From: Oscillospiraceae bacterium
Lineage (GTDB): Bacteria > Bacillota > Clostridia > Oscillospirales > Ruminococcaceae
Assembly: GCA_016291435.1 (NCBI GenBank)
Contig: JAEEXH010000007.1
Coordinates: forward strand, 25,207 to 57,206
Direction of reading: 5' to 3'
DNA: 32,000 bases
Part shown: positions 15,712-25,247 of the stretch, piece after piece
Layout: every line of letters starts with the position of its first letter
Numbering within the stretch: position 1 is the stretch's first letter
Translations under genes and position numbers: made by a program
Notes under the pieces: generated by a model
Told to the model about the DNA's origin: nothing
Database searches by the model: none
The model's input: only the letters and a program-made list of their open reading frames with translations

Positions 15712-16380
15712 ATGAAATTACTGGTTGTTGACGATGAAATGAATATCCGCCGCGTTGTGCGCGAATATGCGGAGTTCGAGGGCTACACGGTCGATGAAGC
15801 CGCCGACGGCATGGAAGCTGTCGCAAAGGTGCGCGATACCGACTATGACATCATCATCATGGACATCATGATGCCGCGTCTTGACGGCTTTTCCGCCTGC
15901 AAGGAGATCCGCAAGACAAAGAACACGCCGGTCATCATGCTTTCTGCACGCGGCGAGGAGTATGACAAGCTCTTCGGCTTTGAGCTCGGCATCGACGACT
16001 ATGTCGTCAAGCCCTTCTCGCCGAAGGAGCTGATGGCGCGTGTCAAGGCAGTCTGTGCACGCAGGAGCGCGCCGGCGCAGCAGACGCCCGCACGCATTGC
16101 CTTTGAGGGGCTTGAGATCGACATGGCGGGCAGAGAGGTCTATGTCAACGGCGAAAAGGCAAACATGACGCCGAAGGAATATGACCTGCTCTTCTACCTT
16201 GTCAAGAACCGCAACCTCGCCCTCACGCGCAATAAGCTGCTGGAGGAGGTCTGGGGCTATGACTTCTTCGGTGATGACCGCACGGTGGATACCCACATCA
16301 AGATGCTCCGCAACAGTCTCGGGGAATACCGCAAGTTTATCGTCACGCTGAGAGGAATGGGATATAAGTTTGAAGCATAA
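15712..16380 (+). CDS. OmpR/PhoB-family response regulator
   Basis: 222 aa. The receiver domain shows LVVDDE, IIIMDIMMPRLDG and VVKPF. The winged-helix output domain shows LTPKEYDLLFYL, VDTHIKMLR and RGMGYKF. Confidence 0.9.
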   Translation: MKLLVVDDEMNIRRVVREYAEFEGYTVDEAADGMEAVAKVRDTDYDIIIMDIMMPRLDGFSACKEIRKTKNTPVIMLSARGEEYDKLFGFELGIDDYVVKPFSPKELMARVKAVCARRSAPAQQTPARIAFEGLEIDMAGREVYVNGEKANMTPKEYDLLFYLVKNRNLALTRNKLLEEVWGYDFFGDDRTVDTHIKMLRNSLGEYRKFIVTLRGMGYKFEA

Positions 16381-17797
16381 GCATGCCGCCCGTCTGCGCA
16401 TGCGCACGCATATCTTCCTCTGGTTCATGGTGTTCGTCTGCGCGGTCTTTATTTTGCTCTGGGTCTGCCAGATCCTCTTTTTGCAGAATTTCTATGACCG
16501 CATGAAGACCAAGGACATCATCCGCACCGCGGATTCCATGCTGGAGATCTACGAGACCGGGCGCTATGCCGAGGCGTTCAATGCACTCGCGCTCGAAAAC
16601 GACATGTGCATTGAGGTGCGTGACCGCTACGAGCGATCGGTCTTCTCCTCGCGTGAGGTGCTGGGCGCAAACTGCTTTCTGCACGGGCTCAATAACCACT
16701 CCCGCCAGATCATCGACGATCTGGTGCTGAAAAGCGAAAACGGCGTTGCCTACGGAAAGGTGAAGAATCCCATCACGCAGGAGGATATCCTGATCTATGC
16801 CTGTGTGATCGGCTCGCCGGAGGACCCGGAGGGCTTCCTGCTGCTGAATACCCGTCTGGCGCCTGTCTCCTCGACCGTCAGCATTCTGGAGCGGCAGCTC
16901 ATCATCATCACGGTGATCCTTGTGCTGATCGGCGTTGCGATCTCCTTTGCCGTCTCGAAGCGCCTTGCAAAGCCGATCGTGCAGGTCACGGAGGATGCGC
17001 AGCAGCTCGCCCACGGCAGATATGACATCGCCTTCCGCGGCGGCGGCTATGTCGAGGCGGAGCGCCTTGCCGAAACGCTGACCTACGCGAGCGGCGAGAT
17101 CAACCGCATCGACACGATGCAGCGCGACCTCATCGCGAATGCCTCCCATGATCTGCGCACGCCCCTCACGATGCTGAAGGCATACGCCGAGATGATCCGT
17201 GACCTTTCCGGCGACAATCCCGTGAAGCGTGCCGAGCATTTGCAGGTCATCATCGAGGAGACTGACCGACTGACTGCGCTTGTCAATGACATCCTTGACC
17301 TCTCGAAGCTCGAGAACGGCAAGATGACGCTCGACCGCACGGCCTTCGATATGGAACAGCGCCTGCGCGAGATCGTGGACCGCTACCGCGGGCTCAGCAC
17401 CGTTTCAGGCTACAACTTCTCTCTGGAGACCGACGGCGAAGCGATTGTGAACTGTGACGCGGGCAAGATCGAGCAGGTCATCTGCAATCTGGTCAACAAC
17501 GCGATGAACTACACCGGCGAGGATAAGCAGATCTTCGTGAAAATGGCGCATACCGCGGAGGGTATCCGCATTTCCGTGCGCGATACCGGCAAGGGCATGG
17601 ATCAGGAGACGCTCTCCCGTATCTTCGATAAATATTACCGCAGCGAGAATTACCGCCGCGAGGTCGTCGGCACCGGGCTCGGGCTTTCGATCGTGAAGGC
17701 GATCCTGCGCCTGCATGACTACGCATTCGGTGTGGACAGCAAGGTCGGCGAGGGCTCAACCTTCTGGTTCGTGATGCACAGCGAAGCGCAGAGCTGA
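16370..17797 (+). CDS. Sensor histidine kinase (2 TM, HAMP, HisKA, HATPase_c)
   Basis: 475 aa from a TTG at 16370 that overlaps the regulator stop. An ATG at 16400 is an alternative start. It has H-box SHDLRTPLT, N-box NLVNNAMNYT and G-boxes RDTGKGM and GTGLGLSIV. Confidence 0.85.
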   Translation: MKHKHAARLRMRTHIFLWFMVFVCAVFILLWVCQILFLQNFYDRMKTKDIIRTADSMLEIYETGRYAEAFNALALENDMCIEVRDRYERSVFSSREVLGANCFLHGLNNHSRQIIDDLVLKSENGVAYGKVKNPITQEDILIYACVIGSPEDPEGFLLLNTRLAPVSSTVSILERQLIIITVILVLIGVAISFAVSKRLAKPIVQVTEDAQQLAHGRYDIAFRGGGYVEAERLAETLTYASGEINRIDTMQRDLIANASHDLRTPLTMLKAYAEMIRDLSGDNPVKRAEHLQVIIEETDRLTALVNDILDLSKLENGKMTLDRTAFDMEQRLREIVDRYRGLSTVSGYNFSLETDGEAIVNCDAGKIEQVICNLVNNAMNYTGEDKQIFVKMAHTAEGIRISVRDTGKGMDQETLSRIFDKYYRSENYRREVVGTGLGLSIVKAILRLHDYAFGVDSKVGEGSTFWFVMHSEAQS

Positions 17798-17837
17798 TCT
17801 TCCGTTTTGCCCGCAGAGACCCGTACTTGTATAGAAC

Positions 17838-17872
17838 GCCCGAATTTCCACAGAGATTCGGGCTGTTTTTTC
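17838..17872 (+). terminator. Intrinsic terminator of the two-component operon
   Basis: GCCCGAAT-ttccacagag-ATTCGGGC followed by TGTTTTTTCT. Confidence 0.8.
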
Positions 17873-17920
17873 TCCGCTCGGAATTCCCTGCCATGCGGCG
17901 GAATATAACCTGTTACCCCT

Positions 17921-17948
17921 TTACAATTTCATGCGGATATGCTATAAT
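17921..17948 (+). promoter_or_regulatory. Promoter of parA-parB
   Basis: TTACAA (17921-17926), a 16-nt spacer, then TGcTATAAT (TATAAT at 17943-17948). Confidence 0.6.
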
Positions 17949-18019
17949 ATAAGGTAATACAAAGAATGCGCGGCGAAACGTCGCCGCCGAAGCAGAAAAG
18001 AAACGGAGGCGCAGACAGT

Positions 18020-18829
18020 ATGGGTAAAATCATCGCTGTTGCGAACCAGAAGGGCGGCGTCGGCAAATCGACGACAGTCGTCAGCCTTGCGGCATATCTC
18101 GGCATGCGCGGCAAGAAAGTGCTGTGTGTCGATACGGATTCTCAGGGCAACACCACCACAGGGCTCGGCATCGTGAAAAAAAAGCTGGAATGCTCCTGCT
18201 ATGATGTCCTGACCGGCAATGCCCGCATCCAGGATGCCATCATCGAAACGGAATTTGAAAATGTCAGCCTTGTGCCGGCAGTTTCGGCGCTCGCGGGCGC
18301 GGAGCTCGATCTTGTGGAGCTCGACAACCGCCTCCAGCGCGTGAAGGCAGCGCTCATGACCTGCCGCACATCCTATGACTACATCTTTCTTGACTGCCCG
18401 CCGTCGCTCAGCCTCATCACGCTGAACTGCCTTGTCGCAGCGGATACCGTGATGATCCCGATGCAGGCAGAATACCTTGCGCTGGAGGGTCTCGCGCAGC
18501 TCAATGAGACCATCCGCATCGTGCGCACGAAATACAACGCGGGGCTGCATCTCGAGGGCATCCTCTTTACGATGTTTGACCCGCGCCTGAATCTCTCGCT
18601 GCAAGTGGTCGAGGAGGTGCAGAAGCACTTCCCGGATCAGGTGTTCGAGACGAAGATTCCGCGCAATGTGCGTCTTTCGGAGGCGCCGAGCTACGGCAAG
18701 CCCGTTTTTTATTACGACCGCAGCTCGAAGGGCGCGGAGGCCTATGAGATGCTGGCACATGAGATGCTCGGAGAGCCGCTTGTTCCCGACCGGAAGCCGC
18801 GGCATTCTATTTTCAGCAAGAGAAAATAA
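18020..18829 (+). CDS. parA: ParA/Soj chromosome-partitioning ATPase
   Basis: I chose the start at 18020 (MGKIIAVANQKGGVGKSTT), which has RBS ACGGAGG upstream. It has the deviant Walker A KGGVGKST, and also DCPPSL and the NVRLSEAPSYGKP motif. Confidence 0.9.
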   Translation: MGKIIAVANQKGGVGKSTTVVSLAAYLGMRGKKVLCVDTDSQGNTTTGLGIVKKKLECSCYDVLTGNARIQDAIIETEFENVSLVPAVSALAGAELDLVELDNRLQRVKAALMTCRTSYDYIFLDCPPSLSLITLNCLVAADTVMIPMQAEYLALEGLAQLNETIRIVRTKYNAGLHLEGILFTMFDPRLNLSLQVVEEVQKHFPDQVFETKIPRNVRLSEAPSYGKPVFYYDRSSKGAEAYEMLAHEMLGEPLVPDRKPRHSIFSKRK

Positions 18830-18866
18830 GGCGGAAACAGATATATCAGAAAGGAGCGCACCAGTT

Positions 18867-19718
18867 ATGGCAAAGGCAAAGGGCGGGCTCGGCGGCAGAG
18901 GTTTTGACTCGCTGTTTGAGGATAATTCCGTCGATATGCAGACCGGCGTGCAGACGCTCCGGCTCACGGAGATCGAGCCGAACCGCAGTCAGCCGCGCAA
19001 GCGCTTCGATGACGATGCGCTGACAGAGCTTGCGGAGTCGATCCAGACGCACGGCATGGTTCAGCCGATCGTGGTCAGACCCGTCGGGGATCAGCGCTAC
19101 CAGATCGTTGCGGGCGAGCGCAGATGGCGTGCCGCAAAGCGCATCGGGCTCTCGGAGGTGCCGGTCATCATCCGCGATCTCTCCGACAGCGAAGCGAGCC
19201 AGATCGCACTGATCGAGAATTTGCAGCGCGAGAACCTGAACCCCATCGAAGAAGCGCTCGGCTATCAGACGCTGATGCAGCAGTTTTCGATGACGCAGGA
19301 GGAGGTCGCACGGACAGTCGGGCGTTCGAGACCCGCTGTTGCAAATGCGCTGCGGCTCTTAAATCTCCCCGCTGCGGTGCAGGATCTGCTTGAGAAGGGC
19401 AGGATCACCGTCGGTCACGCAAAGGCACTCGCCGCGATCCGCGATGAGGAGCTGCTGATCCAGTGCGCACAGCGCGCTGCGGAGGATAAGATCACCGTGC
19501 GCGAGATCGAACAGATCGCACAGCGGCAGGGTGCAGAGGCACCCGCACCGAAGCAGAAAACGGCAGATCAGATCTATTTTGAGGAGACGGAGATCTCGCT
19601 CGGCAATCTGCTCGGCCGCAAGGTCAAGGTGCAGGGCGGCAGGAAAAAAGGCACACTGACACTGGAGTTTTACGACAGAGAGGATTTGCAGGCGCTGTGC
19701 CGTCTGCTCGAAAAGTAA
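18867..19718 (+). CDS. parB: ParB/Spo0J partition protein
   Basis: I chose the start at 18867 (MAKAKGGLGGRGFDSLF), which has an AAAGGAG RBS. It has the ParB box IVAGERRWRAAK, LIENLQRENLNPIEEA and the HTH TQEEVARTVGRSRPAVANALRLL. Confidence 0.9.
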   Translation: MAKAKGGLGGRGFDSLFEDNSVDMQTGVQTLRLTEIEPNRSQPRKRFDDDALTELAESIQTHGMVQPIVVRPVGDQRYQIVAGERRWRAAKRIGLSEVPVIIRDLSDSEASQIALIENLQRENLNPIEEALGYQTLMQQFSMTQEEVARTVGRSRPAVANALRLLNLPAAVQDLLEKGRITVGHAKALAAIRDEELLIQCAQRAAEDKITVREIEQIAQRQGAEAPAPKQKTADQIYFEETEISLGNLLGRKVKVQGGRKKGTLTLEFYDREDLQALCRLLEK

Positions 19719-21275
<1,557 letters not shown>

Positions 21276-21329
21276 TTGCAAAGAACAATCCCACGGTACA
21301 TAAGAAAGATACTCATATAGAAGTTTTAA

Positions 21330-21375
21330 GCCATAGTATTTCTGATTTACAGTCAGAAGTACTATGGCGTTTTTA
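21330..21375 (+). terminator. Intrinsic terminator after guaB
   Basis: GCCATAGTATTTCTGA-tttacag-TCAGAAGTACTATGGC, a 16-bp stem with one G.U pair, followed by GTTTTTATT. Confidence 0.85.
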
Positions 21376-21404
21376 TTGACAATGCAGCAATGTTATGCTA
21401 TAAT
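21376..21404 (+). promoter_or_regulatory. Consensus promoter of the GNAT gene
   Basis: TTGACA (21376-21381), a 17-nt spacer, then TGcTATAAT (TATAAT at 21399-21404). It abuts the guaB terminator. Confidence 0.7.
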
Positions 21405-21442
21405 TGTAACAAACATAAATCGAAATTTATTGAGGGAGCAAA

Positions 21443-22195
21443 ATGCTAAAGCTGAATCAAACATCATACAAAAGTATCATACAACAAATAGAAAAAACGC
21501 CGTGCGGAACAGTTTATCCGCTGTCAATCGCTGAAATGAATCAGTATGGAGATATTTATAAAGAGCGTGACTCCATCTTACTTTGGCACTATTGTGGATT
21601 TGCTTTCCTCTACGGCGCTTGTGATGACTGCTTTCTCGAAACAATCTATAATATGTTTGTAAGTGCGGATAGCAGTTTGTCAAGACGTTTTATACTGTTT
21701 TCAGCAAACCCAAAGGTGATAGCATTCTTCCAAAATAAGCAGGATATTGTGTTGGGAAAACGGTATAATTTTGAATATCCGTTAGAAAATACCGGTTCAA
21801 GGAGTGAAATACCCCCTGATTATCAGATATGTCAATTCAATCAGAAATTGTTTGATAACATACCGGGACGAATTACACCTCGTTTTTCTTGGAGAGATGC
21901 TTCTGAATTCCTGAATCATGGAATGGGATATTGTGTCATGTATAAGGAAAAAACTGTGTCATGGGCGTTCTCGGCTGCTGTGAGCAATGATGAACTTGAC
22001 ATCGGGATAGAAACGGTTTCAGATCATCGCCACATGGGACTGGGGTTTGCAGTGGCAGAAAAAATGATACAGTATTGTTTTGAACAGCGCAAACGCCCTA
22101 TCTGGTCATGTGATGCAAATAATACTGCATCACAAAAAATAGCCGAAAAATTAGGGTTTGTCAAATCCTCGGAGTATATAACTATCAGACGTTAA
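21443..22195 (+). CDS. GNAT-family N-acetyltransferase (about 250-aa two-lobed type)
   Basis: 250 aa with RBS GAGGGAG. The C-terminal acetyl-CoA-binding-like block is HRHMGLGFAVAEKMIQYCFEQRKRPIWSCDANNTASQKIAEKLGF. The coding region is strikingly AT-rich compared with its neighbours. Confidence 0.65.
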   Translation: MLKLNQTSYKSIIQQIEKTPCGTVYPLSIAEMNQYGDIYKERDSILLWHYCGFAFLYGACDDCFLETIYNMFVSADSSLSRRFILFSANPKVIAFFQNKQDIVLGKRYNFEYPLENTGSRSEIPPDYQICQFNQKLFDNIPGRITPRFSWRDASEFLNHGMGYCVMYKEKTVSWAFSAAVSNDELDIGIETVSDHRHMGLGFAVAEKMIQYCFEQRKRPIWSCDANNTASQKIAEKLGFVKSSEYITIRR

Positions 22196-22220
22196 ATTCT
22201 AATTTATCTTATCAGCCATA

Positions 22221-22261
22221 CAAAAAACAATGCCCCGAAGCATTTCAAAGTGCTTCGGGGC
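22221..22261 (-). terminator. Intrinsic terminator, oriented for the minus-strand VanY-like transcript
   Basis: GCCCCGAAGCA-tttcaaag-TGCTTCGGGGC, an 11-bp stem. The U-tract (TTGTTTTTTG) is present only in the minus-strand reading. The plus-strand side is followed by AAAAC. Confidence 0.6.
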
Positions 22262-22338
22262 AAAACTTCTATATGGGTATCCGTCTCACCGTACCGGGGG
22301 ATTTCAGTTTGTCGAAAAGGATGTACCGCGGATGGCTT

Positions 22339-22372
22339 AATAACGGTGTCCGGGGTTCGCTGACCCCGTTCA
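22339..22372 (+). repeat. Partial copy (hairpin 1 only) of the GC-hairpin repeat element
   Basis: The sequence is aataacggtgtCCGGGGTtcgctGACCCCGttcagg. It shares the aataacgg leader and the 8-bp hairpin with the copy at 22450. A C-to-T change gives a G.U pair. Confidence 0.7.
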
Positions 22373-22449
22373 GGCATTTTGCTGTCCGGGCAACTGACAG
22401 AGAGTGCTCGCAGCTTTTGAGAGTATCTCTTCGATTATCTCCATTCCAT

Positions 22450-22537
22450 AATAACGGGGTCCGGGGTCCGCTGACCCCGGCGGGAGTTTGAGGGCAGAGC
22501 CCTCATTATAAATCATCGCGTCAGCGATACTATATTG
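22450..22537 (+). repeat. Full copy B of a roughly 85-nt three-hairpin repeat element
   Basis: The three hairpins are CCGGGGTC-cgct-GACCCCGG, TGAGGGC-aga-GCCCTCA and ATCGC-gtca-GCGAT. It ends 7 nt from the stop codon of the VanY-like gene. Confidence 0.8.
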
Positions 22538-22543
22538 CCGCGC

Positions 22544-23953
22544 TCAGTTCGCATACTGCGATGTAATGCCGAAATATTCCTCCAGCGTCAGCCCGCTGTC
22601 ATAGACCTTCTTCGCGAGATCCTTGCCGAGATAGCGCACATGCCACGACTCATACATATAGCCGGTGACGCTCTCCTTGCCCTTCGGGTAACGCAGGATA
22701 AAGCCGTATTTCCAGCAGTTTTCCGCGAGCCACTTCGCTTCGGGCGTGTTCGTGAAGGCGTCGCTTGCATTGTTGATGTCTGCGGCGAGACCGGTCTGAT
22801 GCTCGGAGTGACCCGCACGCGCGGAATAGCGGTCTGCTGCTGCCTGCCCGTCACTTTTGCAGTAGTTACTGTAAAGCCCTGCCTGAGTATCATAGCTGCG
22901 GAAGCCGGATACGATCGCGATGGAGCGTCCGTCGCGTGACGCCGCTGCCTGCATCTCATTGAAGGCGGCCTGCATGGTGGGATCCAGCCCCGGGTTATAG
23001 GTCGAAGGGAGCGAATAGGTCTTGTTCGCGATCATCACGCCGTCCACATAGGTGATGCCGTTTTTGACCTCAATCGGGAAGCCCTTGGAGGTGACGCCGG
23101 CACTGCTGTTTCCGGCAGAGGCGGTGCCGGCTGCGGTGGTGCCGGCTGCTGCGGAGGAGGAAGCCTCTGTGGAGACGGCGCCTGCATCCGTAGAGACTGC
23201 GCCGTTTGCATCGGTGGATGCCGCAGTGCCGTCAGTGGTGCTTTCACCGGTCGTGGTTTCCGCGGGGAGCACTTTGACGTTGATATCCGCAAAGACACGC
23301 GGATTGTTCGCGGAGGTCACGCGGATAACGGCTTCGCCCTCCGCGACGCCGGTGATGTTGCCGTTCTTGTCAACGGTCGCGACGGCGGTATCGGAGGAGG
23401 TCCAGAGCTCAGACTTGTCGGTTGCATCCTTCGGCTGCATCTCGACCATTGCATAGGGGTAAAGCTCGCCTGCCTTGACCTCTGCGCGGTAGTAGCTGAG
23501 CGTGATGCCCGTGACAGTGCCGGGCGGGAGCGTGGTATCGGTTGTGCCTGCAATTTCCGTAGTGGTCGCCTCCGTGGTGGTGGTCTGTGCGGCGGGCGCG
23601 CTGCCGGTGCCGACGACGGTGACGAGATAGAGCTCGCTGTCCCCGGTCACATCGTCCTTTGCGACGAGCGTTGCCTTGCCTGCGGTGTTGGCGGTCAGCA
23701 GCTTCGAGTCGGCGTCATAGGAGACAACACCGTTTTCGGAGCTGGTGCAGGTGTAGGCGTTTTTGAAGGGCACCTCAAGGGTCTTCTGCTCGCCGACCTG
23801 CATCGTGAATTCATGCTGCTTGTTGCTGTCTTTGCTGCTGAACACATCAAAATGCGACAGCAGGAGCCAGGCACCGACCGCGAGGAGCGCCAGGCTGACA
23901 AGGATCAGCAGGAGCGGCGCGACCGGCGAGGCGGCTTTCTTTTTCGCTGCCAT
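22544..23953 (-). CDS. Membrane-anchored Big_2-repeat / VanY-type (M15B) D-alanyl-D-alanine carboxypeptidase
   Basis: I chose the start at 23953 (MAAKKKAASP), which has RBS GAAAGGA. It has an N-terminal TM helix, two Ig-like (Big_2-type) modules and a Thr/Ala/Ser-rich linker. The C-terminal M15B motifs are VSGFRSYDTQ, AGHSEHQTGLAADI and ESWHVRYLG. Confidence 0.85.
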   Translation of the reverse strand: MAAKKKAASPVAPLLLILVSLALLAVGAWLLLSHFDVFSSKDSNKQHEFTMQVGEQKTLEVPFKNAYTCTSSENGVVSYDADSKLLTANTAGKATLVAKDDVTGDSELYLVTVVGTGSAPAAQTTTTEATTTEIAGTTDTTLPPGTVTGITLSYYRAEVKAGELYPYAMVEMQPKDATDKSELWTSSDTAVATVDKNGNITGVAEGEAVIRVTSANNPRVFADINVKVLPAETTTGESTTDGTAASTDANGAVSTDAGAVSTEASSSAAAGTTAAGTASAGNSSAGVTSKGFPIEVKNGITYVDGVMIANKTYSLPSTYNPGLDPTMQAAFNEMQAAASRDGRSIAIVSGFRSYDTQAGLYSNYCKSDGQAAADRYSARAGHSEHQTGLAADINNASDAFTNTPEAKWLAENCWKYGFILRYPKGKESVTGYMYESWHVRYLGKDLAKKVYDSGLTLEEYFGITSQYAN

Positions 23954-24157
23954 AATACGATCATCCTTTCTTTTTGAATACATGCTGCTGCATTGCGCAT
24001 CTGCGCGCTTTCGTCTGCCGATAAAGATATATCTCCGATGAATTTATCATGGGGCGATGCTGTGTCCCCGCCGGAAGAGCAGTGCCTGCTGTGCAAGTGA
24101 GCTGCCTTTGCAGCCCTGTTCACGGATAGTGCGCGGACATATTTGCATTTTACATAC

Positions 24158-24242
24158 AGCGGGGTCCGGGGTCCGCTGACCCCGGCAGGGGTTTGGGGAC
24201 GGAGCCCCCATTCAAAATCATCGCGGGGCGATACTTTATTGA
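24158..24242 (+). repeat. Full copy C of the three-hairpin repeat element
   Basis: By eye it is about 85% identical to copy B and lies in the same orientation. Hairpin 1 is identical. Hairpin 2 reads TGGGGAC-gga-GCCCCCA. Hairpin 3 reads ATCGC-ggg-GCGAT. Confidence 0.8.
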
Positions 24243-24285
24243 CATGCTTCGCTGCGCATCTGCGCGCTTTTTTGCTTATGATAGT

Positions 24286-24314
24286 ATTATAGCATATTTT
24301 TTGCGGTTTGTCAC
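24286..24314 (-). promoter_or_regulatory. Candidate promoter driving the VanY-like gene through repeat copy C
   Basis: The minus strand reads GTGACA (24314-24309), a 17-nt spacer, then TGcTATAAT (-10 at 24291-24286). It would give a 5' leader of about 320 nt. Confidence 0.45.
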
Positions 24315-24353
24315 TAGCAAACGTGAAATTTCATAAAGAATTCAGCAGCCGGT

Positions 24354-24824
24354 TTACCCTGCGAGCCAGAGGATCACGCCGTAGACCGCAGCGGCAGCGG
24401 TGCCGTAGAGCAGCACGGGTCCTGCGATCGTGAAGATCTTTGCGCCGACACCGAGGATCAGCCCCTCTGTCTGTGCTTCGACCGCTGCCGAGGAGACCGC
24501 GTTTGCAAAGCCGGTGATCGGGACGAGCGTGCCTGCGCCGCCGTGCTTCGCGATCTTTTCATAGAGCCCGAGCCCCGTGAGGAGCGCCGAGCAGAAGACA
24601 AGGATCACAGAGACCCATGTGCCCGCGGCGGTTTCATCGCCGAGAACGCGGAGCAGCATCTGCCGCAGGATCTCCCCGATCAGGCAGATGCTCCCGCCGA
24701 TCAGAAACGCCTTTGCCGTTGTCGCGGCGACATTTGTTTTCCGCGAGACTGCCCGCACCATCCGGCTGTATTCCTGCTTCCCGGGGAGGGTCGCGCCTTT
24801 TGCGAAAATCTTGCGTGTGTGCAT
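24354..24824 (-). CDS. spoVAC: Stage V sporulation protein AC
   Basis: I chose the start at 24824 (MHTRKIFAKG), which has an AAAGGAG RBS 9 nt upstream. SpoVAC hallmarks are AFLIGGSICLIGE, GAGTLVPITGFANAV and EGLILGVGAKIFTIAGPVLLYG. Confidence 0.85.
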   Translation of the reverse strand: MHTRKIFAKGATLPGKQEYSRMVRAVSRKTNVAATTAKAFLIGGSICLIGEILRQMLLRVLGDETAAGTWVSVILVFCSALLTGLGLYEKIAKHGGAGTLVPITGFANAVSSAAVEAQTEGLILGVGAKIFTIAGPVLLYGTAAAAVYGVILWLAG

Positions 24825-25173
24825 GAGATTGAACTCCTTTCGGTGCAAAATCGTCTGAATTCAGTATGTGCGAAAATCGCGAGTTTATGTGCGATTGTCA
24901 TATTATCCCCCTGCACGGCACATTCTCGCATGAAACAATATTGCTCCAGTGCGCCGCGCTGATGATCCGGTCGAAAGGAAAGCAATGACGCGCAGGGCTC
25001 CTGATGTCTGGATCCTGCTTGCGCAGGATTAGAGAGTGCTTCAGAAAACTATAACGATATTGCTACAAAATATAAGTTAAAGATAATGGCATATCTCAAA
25101 AAATAATGCAAATGCAACAAAAATGCGGCGCGAAATTTGTATGGATAAAATTGCTCTCACCGTCTCAAATTGC

Positions 25174-25202
25174 TTGACTTTTCGGCGGAGATATGGTAAA
25201 TT
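25174..25202 (+). promoter_or_regulatory. Candidate promoter of the GH5 gene
   Basis: TTGACT (25174-25179), a 17-nt spacer, then TGgTAAATT (-10 at 25197-25202). Confidence 0.5.
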
Positions 25203-25247
25203 GAGGGTGTCAGCAAACCCGTGAAATACCGAAAGGAGATGCTTTTT

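Noticed and set aside
22273-22491. 72-aa plus-strand ORF (NNGVRGSLTP...NNGVRGPLTPAGV).
   Set aside because: It is a read-through translation of the GC-hairpin repeat copies. It has no RBS, and its internal peptide repeat mirrors the DNA repeat.
24825-24960. Forespore (sigma-G/sigma-F) promoter upstream of spoVAC. The minus strand has GAATG (complement of 24921-24925) and GGGGATAATA / GATAATA (complement of 24901-24910).
   Set aside because: The elements resemble the consensus hexamers. However, the spacing between them is 10-13 nt, not the roughly 15-18 nt required, so the match is not convincing.
25010-25029. Hairpin ATCCTGC-ttgc-GCAGGAT in the spoVAC/GH5 divergent intergenic region, as a possible terminator or operator.
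   Set aside because: It has no U-tract on either side and no transcript ends there. A short 7-bp stem like this could arise by chance.
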